Assembly (NCBI GenBank): GCA_047651235.1
Contig: CP178758.1
Coordinates: forward strand, 1,140,001-1,172,000
Origin: Candidatus Electrothrix yaqonensis
GTDB lineage: Bacteria; Desulfobacterota; Desulfobulbia; Desulfobulbales; Desulfobulbaceae
Direction: 5' to 3'
Length of the DNA stretch: 32,000 bases
Shown here: positions 10,262-17,264 of the stretch, in pieces
How the letters are laid out: every line of letters starts with the position of its first letter
Numbering within the stretch: position 1 is the first letter of the stretch
The notes under the pieces: generated by a model
Databases searched by the model: none
The model's input: only the letters and a program-made list of their open reading frames with translations
What the model was told of the DNA's origin: nothing
Position numbers and translations under genes: made by a program

Positions 10262-10511
10262 TTATAATCCCCGCATTCCTTCCGTTTTTAAAGCAACATT
10301 TCCGGCAAGGGCACGGTCAATGGTTGCCAGAAAGTTTTCCCTGTCTCTGGGCAGACGACCGTCAAGAGTGAAATAATTGGAGGCATGGTTGGCCTGAAAC
10401 TGGCAGTGGAAATCCTCCAGTCCGGCAATCATGGTGCGGAGTTCCCGGAACAGTTCGAGCTGGTCCGGCGGCTGAAAGGAACCGTCTGCCGCAGCACGAC
10501 CCAGTTCGGTA
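10262..10511 (-). pseudogene. Radical SAM protein, 3' fragment (82 codons plus stop), separated from its 5' part
   Basis: The minus-strand frame reads TELGRAAADGSFQPPDQLELFRELRTMIAGLEDFHCQFQANHASNYFTLDGRLPRDRENFLATIDRALAGNVALKTEGMRGL followed by a stop. It has no start codon and begins directly at the TA flanking the MITE at 10512. Confidence 0.75.
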
Positions 10512-10614
10512 TAGCTGGAGCAGTATAAACTGAATACAGGATCAGCTATCTGAAAGGCGTGAAGGCAAAACTTATGCCTCTTGTGGGCATATTCAAATTA
10601 TGTTGCTCCAGCTA
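10512..10614. mobile_element. 103-bp MITE, copy L (IS630/Tc1-mariner-like ends, TA-flanked)
   Basis: Perfect reverse complement of 11392-11494, checked base by base. 11-bp perfect terminal inverted repeat TAGCTGGAGCA, with about 21/26 matches over the extended ends. TA on both flanks (10510-10511 and 10615-10616). Confidence 0.8.
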
Positions 10615-10763
10615 TACTTCTTCGCCTTTTGCTGCTGTTCTGCCCATTCCAGTACTTGATCGAATTTGCTTTGGCCAGCAGGGGGGGCGGAAGAAACACG
10701 GGGGATAATTGCGGAAAACTCAGAGTGAACTTGAACACACTTAACCTGCTGAAAAAGTAAGTT

Positions 10764-11391
10764 TTGCATTACCAAGGCAACATCATCCGGCCTCCCAGTG
10801 AGGCCAATTCCATCATCCTCCAAGTCACGGTCGGCTGTTCGCACAACCGCTGCACTTTCTGCGGGGCCTACCGCGATCCTGAACAGCGGTTCTGGATCAA
10901 AGACGAACGCATTGTTACGGAAGACATCGCCTTTGCCGCCTGCTACTGCAGCCGTCAGAAGACCGTCTTTCTTGCCGACGGCGATGCCTTGGTTATCCCG
11001 CAGAAACGGCTGCTCAACCTTTTTGAGCAGATACGGAATGATCTCCCTTGGGTGCGACGCATCAGTCTGTATGCCAACTGCCGCAATATCCTCAAACGCT
11101 CTGCTGAGGAACTGGCTGAGCTGAAACAAGCCGGTCTGGGACGCATCTACATGGGCCTGGAAAGCGGCCATGATCCAACACTGAAGGCAATCCGTAAAGG
11201 GGCAACTGCAGCCGAAATGGTTCAGGCCGGCAGACGGGTACGGGAAGCAGGCATTTTTTTCTCTGTCACCTGTCTGCTCGGTATTGCCGGACCGGCTTAT
11301 TCGCAGCAGCATGCCGAGGCCACAGCAGCCGTGCTCAGCCGGATGCAGCCGAACCAGATCGCTGTGCTGACCCTGATGCTGCTGCCTAATA
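10764..11391 (+). pseudogene. Radical SAM protein, 5' fragment (209 codons), truncated by the MITE
   Basis: TTG start. HYQGNIIRPPSEANSIILQVTVGCSHNRCTFCGAY carries the CxxxCxxC radical SAM cluster. The listed ORF ends 17 nt into the MITE (IAGAT then stop), so the native sequence stops at the TA at 11390-11391. Confidence 0.8.
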
Positions 11392-11494
11392 TAGCTGGAG
11401 CAACATAATTTGAATATGCCCACAAGAGGCATAAGTTTTGCCTTCACGCCTTTCAGATAGCTGATCCTGTATTCAGTTTATACTGCTCCAGCTA
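11392..11494. mobile_element. 103-bp MITE, copy R (inverted relative to copy L)
   Basis: Identical to the reverse complement of 10512-10614. TA on both flanks (11390-11391 and 11495-11496). Confidence 0.8.
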
Positions 11495-11496
11495 TA

Positions 11497-12188
11497 TCCC
11501 GACGTTTATGAAAAGAGGCGTTGTCCATGACAACCACACTGCGTTCAGGCAGTTTCGGTAATAAATCCTGCCTGATCCATGCATAAAACACATCGGAATT
11601 GACGGTCCCGTCGAACAGAGTCACCGTCAGCAGATTTTTCCCGGACAGTGCGCCGACAGCATTGATACGGCCCTTCTCCCGCCAATTATGAATACCGGAG
11701 CATCGTTCACCTACGGGCGCATATCCGCAGGTGCGCGGCATATCATGAGCGAAGCCGCTTTCATCAATATAAATCAGAGGAAAACCGGATTCCTCATATG
11801 TGCTGATTTTATCGACAAAGACAGAGCGTTTCTTTTCATCCGCCTTCGGATGCGAAAGAATTTTTTTTACGGCTGATTTTCAGGCGTTTCAGAGCTTCCC
11901 CTATACCGCGCTGGCTGCATCCGAACCGTTCATACTGATACGCATCGGGATACAGTTCAACATCACGGGCGAGCAGTTCCATGTCAATATTTGTTGCCGG
12001 TTTATTTCGGCTCCGGCAGGGTTCGACACGTTTCGTCCATCGGCTCACGCTGGATTTACCGACTCCGAAACGGGCTGCGGTTTTTTCGAAACTCAGACCG
12101 TCCCGCTCTTTGACTTCCAAAATTTTACGGCGAAAATCTATTGAATATGTCATGCCGATATAATACTCATTTTATTCTGCTTCAGCTA
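11497..12188 (-). pseudogene. IS630-family element remnant: transposase frameshifted at an A8 run and truncated after the second catalytic Asp
   Basis: N-terminal HTH ORF at 11836-12153 (SIDFRRKILEVKERDGLSFEKTAARFGVGKSSVSRW). It continues in the +1 frame as LSHPKADEKKRSVFVDKISTYEESGFPLIYIDESGFAHDMPRTCGYAP...VVVMDNASFHKR, then runs into the MITE. The end at 12188 reads (reverse complement) TAGCTGAAGCAGAATAAAATGAGTAT followed by TA, matching 21/26 with the MITE end. Confidence 0.75.
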
Positions 12189-12290
12189 TATCACACAGGA
12201 ACACGGCACATGTCCTGATGGAGACAGATACGGGACAGGAGGATCCCTGTCCCGCAGGAAGGTAACAGCAAGCAGTATAGAAAACAGCAA

Positions 12291-13046
12291 TCAGGCTGCT
12301 TTTGAGCAGCAGTCTTGGGAAGGTTGTTCAGCGGGCTGTTTCAAAACTGACATGACGGCTGCCAGCTCCATCAGTATACCCATTCCCTCCTGAACTTCCG
12401 GACGTTTCAGGGCGGACAGCATACCGAAGATGCCGGTGACCGGTTTGACCTCGTCAAGGTTGATTGCCTTGACTCTGGCACTGACCCGCTCACCGATTTC
12501 CATCATCCGTTCAAAATCATCAAACAGGCCGCGTTGTTTGAGGCTGTCCAGACGTTCAACCACGTCATCAAAGATCGGGCCGCTCAACTCGGCAACATCG
12601 CGCTTCATATCCATCATTGAACTGAGCATCTTCATGACCTCGGCAATATTGCCCATGTTGACGATGAACTGTTTGATCAGCTCCTGCAGATTCTCCCCCT
12701 CAAAGCCATGCAGGGCGGTCTGCAGGCGGAGCGTCGCCTCTTGAAAGATGTCCTTTGTGTACGGCTCAAAATCCCTTTTAAAGTCCATGATGCTGTTCAG
12801 GGTCCGGAGAGCATCGGCAATATTTCTGCTGGAAGCCAGTGATTGGCCGACCATATCCCCGACCTCTTCCAGCTCCACATGCTTATTCAGGCCGTCCAGG
12901 CGGGCCGTGGCCTCATGGACCATCGAGTGGACCAAGGGTTCCAGCTCCTGCTTCAGCTCCACATAGGGCCTGACAGCCTGTTTGGCCTCCCGCACTTCCT
13001 CGGTGAGTTCATCGAGGCGGGCGAGAATTTTTTCTTCATTGGTCAT
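12291..13046 (-). CDS. DUF1641 domain protein with three internal helical repeats
   Basis: 251 aa. The C-terminus GIFGMLSALKRPEVQEGMGILMELAAVM is the DUF1641 signature as I recall it. Three repeats of about 55 aa (LEPLVHSMVHEATARLDGL / FEPYTKDIFQEATLRLQTAL / AELSGPIFDDVVERLDSL). Lies 11 bp downstream of the flavoprotein gene. Confidence 0.7.
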   Translation of the reverse strand: MTNEEKILARLDELTEEVREAKQAVRPYVELKQELEPLVHSMVHEATARLDGLNKHVELEEVGDMVGQSLASSRNIADALRTLNSIMDFKRDFEPYTKDIFQEATLRLQTALHGFEGENLQELIKQFIVNMGNIAEVMKMLSSMMDMKRDVAELSGPIFDDVVERLDSLKQRGLFDDFERMMEIGERVSARVKAINLDEVKPVTGIFGMLSALKRPEVQEGMGILMELAAVMSVLKQPAEQPSQDCCSKAA

Positions 13047-13057
13047 AATACGCCCCC

Positions 13058-14287
13058 TTATTCCTGAACCTTGCCCGCAAGAGACATCTGGGCCTCAAGC
13101 GGTAACTCCTCACCGGTCAGCAGTTTGTTCCAGTACACCCATTTGAACATCATCTTGCCCCAATGATTGGCCTTGGTGTCGCCGAGGAGAGAAAAGGGCC
13201 CGATGCCGGGCAGGGGAAATTTACCGGGCAGGGGCTCATACTCATAGTTGAAGTCAATGAGAGAGGCCTTACCATAGCCGGTCTCAATGAAACAGTTGGA
13301 ATGACCATCATAGTCCGGTTGAACAGGCTCGCCGTTGATCTCACGCATGAAGTTCTCTATCATGATTTCTGCGGAGAAGTGGGCCACTGAACCGGCCTTG
13401 GAGGTGGGAATGGTTGTATTGTCCCCGAGGACATACATATTTTTATGGTTTTCCGCCTGCAGGGTATTATTGTTGGTCTTGACATAACCGACTTCATCCA
13501 TAGCGACCCCGGAATTGACCAGATAGCGGGCTCCCACATTGGGCGGAATGGAAACCAGCAGATCCCATTCGATTTCATCCCCTGATGCGGAGACCAGTTT
13601 ATTATTGGTGCAGTCAACCTCGGCAAGGATAAAATCTGCAGTGACCTCGATGTTTTTGTCGAGCATCATCTTGGTAAAGTAGGCGGATGCCTTGGGCTTG
13701 GTAAAGGCGCCGGTCATGGGGGTGACAAAATGAATGTCGATCTGGTCACGCACACCCCGCTCGGCAAAATACCAGTCAGCAAGATAGACAAATTCCAGCG
13801 GCGCCACCGGACATTTATACGGGAATTCTGCAATGTTCAGCACCATCTTGCCGCTTTTGAAGCTGCGCAGTTTCTTTTCCAGATTTATCGCCCCTTCTAA
13901 GGTGTAAAAATCAAAGACCTTGGTCTGCCAGCCGTCCATCATGCCCGGAACTTCTTCCGGGGCCAAACTCACACCGGAACAAACGATGACTTTGTCGTAT
14001 TCATATTTACCTGCTGTGGTCTCAACGACTTGCGTCTCTGTATCAACACTGACAATTTCATCAATGACAAAATTGATCCCCTTGCCGATAAACTCGCTGC
14101 GGCTGCGGATAATCTCCTCGGGCTTGTACATGCCGAAGGGGATAAAGATCAGGCCGGGCTGATAAATATGTTTGTCATCTTTATCAATAAGTGTAATGGA
14201 CCATTCGTTGCGGTCCAGCTTCTTGCGCAGGCTATTTGCCACCATTGTTCCTGCACAGCCCGCTCCAAGAATAACCAGTTTGTTCAT
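13058..14287 (-). CDS. NAD(P)/FAD-dependent oxidoreductase, sulfide:quinone reductase / NDH-2-like
   Basis: 409 aa. N-terminal Rossmann motif LVILGAGCAGT, the FPYKCPVAPLEF motif, and a second dinucleotide-fold region YVLGDNT. Confidence 0.8.
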   Translation of the reverse strand: MNKLVILGAGCAGTMVANSLRKKLDRNEWSITLIDKDDKHIYQPGLIFIPFGMYKPEEIIRSRSEFIGKGINFVIDEIVSVDTETQVVETTAGKYEYDKVIVCSGVSLAPEEVPGMMDGWQTKVFDFYTLEGAINLEKKLRSFKSGKMVLNIAEFPYKCPVAPLEFVYLADWYFAERGVRDQIDIHFVTPMTGAFTKPKASAYFTKMMLDKNIEVTADFILAEVDCTNNKLVSASGDEIEWDLLVSIPPNVGARYLVNSGVAMDEVGYVKTNNNTLQAENHKNMYVLGDNTTIPTSKAGSVAHFSAEIMIENFMREINGEPVQPDYDGHSNCFIETGYGKASLIDFNYEYEPLPGKFPLPGIGPFSLLGDTKANHWGKMMFKWVYWNKLLTGEELPLEAQMSLAGKVQE

Positions 14288-14595
14288 TGTTCATCTCTCC
14301 CTTTAAAATTTCTTCTGTTGGCTGACCGGCTAATCCGACCGGCTCAGTCCTGACTGTCACCAGAGGCAGGTATGGGAACATATGATCTCAATGCCTGCAT
14401 GAGCTTCATAGCCTCTGAAGCGTCAACATTTGATGTACCACAAGGCATCTCGGCATGTCAAGAGAAGATGACTGCACTGTGGTACCTTTTAATATACATC
14501 ACGTTTATTTTTATGTAACTTATTGTTTTATTATAAAGATAAGAAGGGAGCTGGCCCTGCAGTTCCTGCTTCACGCTGACAGCTTGCTGCGCATA

Positions 14596-14698
14596 TAGCG
14601 ATTTCAGCTTGAATGAGTATCAATTGTAGGTTGATAACCTATTGATTATAGATGGCTATAAAGTCAAATATTGATTGTCACTCAAATTGAAACTGCTA
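14596..14698. mobile_element. Second type of 103-bp TA-flanked MITE-like element
   Basis: Ends TAGCGATTTCAGCTTGAATGAGTATCAAT and (reverse complement) TAGCAGTTTCAATTTGAGTGACAATCAAT form imperfect terminal inverted repeats. TA at 14594-14595 and 14699-14700. The subterminal AATGAGTAT also occurs in the IS630 end near 12160. Confidence 0.45.
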
Positions 14699-14774
14699 TA
14701 GCTGAAAATACCGCATCCGGCCCGGTTAAGGAAAGTCGTCAATCTGATTGATTCTCCTGCTATAATCCATTAAG

Positions 14775-14840
14775 AGCTGACGTTACGCAGCCCAAATGCA
14801 GAACCGGCAGATTCCACATTTGGGCTGTCCCGTAACGGAC
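14775..14840 (+). repeat. Hairpin repeat element, copy 2
   Basis: GTTACG-CAG-CCCAAATG [loop CAGAACCGGCAGATTCCA] CATTTGGG-CTG-(TCC)-CGTAAC gives about 18 bp of pairing. Homologous to the reverse complement of 5747-5808. Confidence 0.5.
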
Positions 14841-14859
14841 TCAAGACTCCGATACTCAG

Positions 14860-14913
14860 AAAAAAGAAAACCGTCTCTGATCCGAGATCATCCGGTTCGG
14901 ATCAGAGACGGTT
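14860..14913 (-). terminator. Rho-independent terminator of the 16642-14946 operon
   Basis: Perfect 17-bp stem (14869-14885 pairs with 14897-14913) and an 11-nt loop. On the minus strand it is followed by TTTTCTTTTTT. Lies 33 bp downstream of the stop at 14946. Confidence 0.8.
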
Positions 14914-14945
14914 GTTTCTCCGGATAAGGAGAGGGAGGGGATTGG

Positions 14946-15734
14946 TTACTTGCTGGCTGCCTGATGATGAAATTCTTCCAGATCCGTGAGTTCTTTCTCC
15001 AGTTTTTCCACTGATTCCAAAATAAGCACAGGCAGAGCAGCTCTCTCGATATCCACGAGGAACTCCTTGGCTACCGGCCAGAATTCATTGAGCCTGTCGC
15101 GGCTTTTCTGCGCACTGTCTGAATACTTTCTGTAATTATTCACTGTGGACAGAGCAGCATCAAAGTTCTGTACAGCCTGCTTCAGCTGGGACACATTGTT
15201 GTAATCCTTGAATTCTGCCTGGTAGGCGATGTAGAGTTTGTTGATACGCTCCAACAGAAAGAGCATCTGTTCGACCGTGACCAGCATTTCTTGCTCAGGG
15301 TTCGTTTTATGCACGTGCTGCTGCGCGATAAATTCCGCGCCTTCCAGCAGAGATTCGCTGTAGTCGATGATGAGCGCGCCATTCCCCCTGCTGTAGGGTT
15401 TGTCGAGTGTATTCTTCAGCTCATCATAGGTATATTCGAGAAAGACCGTTATATTTTTTTCTCCCTTGTCTCCTTCTCCTTTTTCTATCCCCTCCTGAAG
15501 GATGCTCAGATCCTTCTGCAGAAGGACGAGGCTTTTCTGCAGGTCTTCTGCTGCCCGGTGAGGACGGATCTCCTGCTGCTTGTAAAAATATGCCTTGGCT
15601 ATTTTCTGACTGAGAAATTCGACATTTTCCGCAGCCTCCAGCGTAGCCAGATCGTGGGCAAAGGATGTACTGATCCACAATGCGCAGGTGAAAAAGACTG
15701 CGGCTGATATCTTGAGAGCTTTTCTGCTGTTCAT
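14946..15734 (-). CDS. Secreted all-alpha protein, function unknown (two PilJ/NarX-like four-helix-bundle-type half repeats)
   Basis: 262 aa. Signal peptide ending STSFA. Two similar halves (LSQKIAKAYFYKQQ... and LFLLERINKLYIAYQ...). GGAGGTG Shine-Dalgarno sequence 5 nt upstream. Start overlaps the upstream stop as ATGA. Confidence 0.65.
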   Translation of the reverse strand: MNSRKALKISAAVFFTCALWISTSFAHDLATLEAAENVEFLSQKIAKAYFYKQQEIRPHRAAEDLQKSLVLLQKDLSILQEGIEKGEGDKGEKNITVFLEYTYDELKNTLDKPYSRGNGALIIDYSESLLEGAEFIAQQHVHKTNPEQEMLVTVEQMLFLLERINKLYIAYQAEFKDYNNVSQLKQAVQNFDAALSTVNNYRKYSDSAQKSRDRLNEFWPVAKEFLVDIERAALPVLILESVEKLEKELTDLEEFHHQAASK

Positions 15735-16642
15735 GATTTCACCTCCCCGACCTGTACAATTCCCGTGATTGCCCTGAAAATCTCTCCGGCACCTTTCTCG
15801 TCCGCAATCGGGATGAAATAGGATACGCTGCTTTCCACCAGTTCCTCCTCCATGTGCAGGATTTCCTGTAGCTCTGCAAAGATTTCACTCGCCATTTTTT
15901 CTGCAGCTGACGGCATCATGCGTCCGGATTTGCTGGTCGCCATCACACTGAAGGATATAAACTCCTTCTCGACCTTTTTCAGTTTCTCTTTGATCTCTTG
16001 TGAGACAAGTTTTTCGTCCTCTTCCAGCAGCTCCCTGTATATTTTTTCCGTTTGATCAACGACCTCTTTTACTTCCTCTTCGTAGTTGGGATCAGCAACG
16101 CCCCAGGCCTTCATCAGGTACAGAGCTGCCAGGCGTTGGGATTCCATACCCAGCTCGGCGACCAGAACTACATCGTGTTCGCCTTTAATTTTAGTATCCT
16201 TGGATAAATCCTCAGCGACATCTTCACAGCGCACAGTGAACTTCTCCACCATCACACGAAGATCGTGCATCTTTGTTTTGTCCGGCTTTTTCTGAAATTC
16301 AGGTTTGATGGCATTCCAGGATTTTTCAATCTCCACGATTTCCGCCACCAGTTTTTCGCTCAGTTTGTGGCTTTCAAGATCCTTGAATTCTTCTTTTATA
16401 GCTTTGAGGTTTTCTTCAAGGTCTTTCTTAGGATTATGATATTTCACCTCCATGCCGACCAGAGCATAATCCTTTAAAATACGGTTGGCCTGCATGCAGA
16501 TATCAGCCACTTTGTGAACATCCTCTGCAGAGGCGTTTGCCGATACCTCTGAGGCGAGCAGCAGCATGATAAAAGCTGCCACGGTGAACAGGTACCTGGC
16601 AGGCAGACAAATGAATTTCTGTTTCGTGCATCTTCGTTGCAT
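15731..16642 (-). CDS. Secreted all-alpha protein, paralog of the downstream gene, function unknown
   Basis: I place the start at ATG 16642 (MQRRCTKQKF..., GGAG upstream), giving 303 aa with a signal peptide ending EVSANA. The listed 346-aa form adds an unlikely Cys/Pro-rich extension. Half repeats (ANRILKDYALVGM..., ESQRLAALYLMKAWG...) parallel those of the neighbouring gene. Confidence 0.65.
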   Translation of the reverse strand: MQRRCTKQKFICLPARYLFTVAAFIMLLLASEVSANASAEDVHKVADICMQANRILKDYALVGMEVKYHNPKKDLEENLKAIKEEFKDLESHKLSEKLVAEIVEIEKSWNAIKPEFQKKPDKTKMHDLRVMVEKFTVRCEDVAEDLSKDTKIKGEHDVVLVAELGMESQRLAALYLMKAWGVADPNYEEEVKEVVDQTEKIYRELLEEDEKLVSQEIKEKLKKVEKEFISFSVMATSKSGRMMPSAAEKMASEIFAELQEILHMEEELVESSVSYFIPIADEKGAGEIFRAITGIVQVGEVKS

Positions 16643-17114
16643 AGTTTTCTCCTTTTCGCATGGGATTGATACAAAGTGCCGCACTGCAGGGGACTTTGCA
16701 GGGCAGGGCAACAAAGAACGGCATGGCCGTTCGTAAGCACAAGTGAGTACAACTGTTTGTTCTTGTGGCAAGACGATGAGGGAAGTTCAAGCTTTTCGGA
16801 AAGAGAGAAACAGCCGGATGATCACCCAGAGTATTTCCTGAGCGATAAGCAGAAAAAAATGGCAGCAGAAAAGATAATGAGACAGGAGGAGAAGGGAATC
16901 CTGCTGCGGGAGCGGGAATTGAGTATTCTTCTGGCAGGATGTAGAACATGCTTTCCGGTCTTCTGAAGTAGAAGCAGGTAGCTCGGCTGTCTCCCCTGGA
17001 GACCCGCAGCTTTCCGACACCACCTCACGGCGGCTGTGGCTTTATCAGCTTTCCGATTCCGACCAGAAAGCAGGTAATATTCATTACATGACTATTACCA
17101 TTTATTATCTTAAT

Positions 17115-17143
17115 GGTATAAAAAGTTTCTTTGTGCTTGTCAA
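17115..17143 (-). promoter_or_regulatory. Candidate sigma70-type promoter for the secreted-protein operon
   Basis: The minus strand reads TTGACA (17143-17138), N17, TATACC (17120-17115), preceded by an A/T-rich stretch. This would give a leader of about 470 nt. Confidence 0.3.
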
Positions 17144-17264
17144 TATTTTTTTAAAAGTAAATACCACGTAGTGTGTTGCCAGTATCGGGCCGAACGAGCA
17201 GGACGGTGTGCCTTTTGATGTATTATAAGGAATATGTGGAGTTGGGCAGGGGGGGGGAGGTGTT

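Noticed and set aside
10615-10763. Idea that the sequence right of MITE copy L encodes the missing C-terminus of the IS630 transposase, which it would adjoin after un-inverting the segment and removing the MITE
   Set aside because: Translating across the restored TA gives ...FHKRRDTSSPFAAVLPIPVLDRICFGQQGGRKKHGG. There is no convincing LPPYSPxLNPIE motif, and the spacing to the catalytic residue is wrong. More likely this is just the upstream region of the radical SAM gene.
10593-11447. 284-aa ORF on the minus strand spanning the radical SAM fragment and parts of both MITE copies
   Set aside because: It is antisense to a frame with clear radical SAM motifs and reads through repeat sequence. 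Its composition is low-complexity (Ala/Gly/Arg-rich), so it is a shadow ORF.
12231-12254. 9-bp-stem hairpin (CGGGACAGG...CCTGTCCCG) downstream of the DUF1641 gene, considered as an intrinsic terminator
   Set aside because: No U-tract follows on the transcribed (minus) strand. I noted it only as a hairpin and did not call it a terminator.
16643-16771. 43-codon N-terminal extension of the 346-aa ORF
   Set aside because: The extension is Cys/Pro-rich with no ribosome-binding site. The internal ATG at 16642 has GGAG upstream and yields a normal signal peptide.
16676-16966. 96-aa plus-strand ORF, and several minus-strand ORFs, in the 16.65-17.1 kb leader region
   Set aside because: They have no ribosome-binding sites, no recognisable motifs and mutually overlapping frames. 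I treat the region as non-coding leader or promoter DNA.
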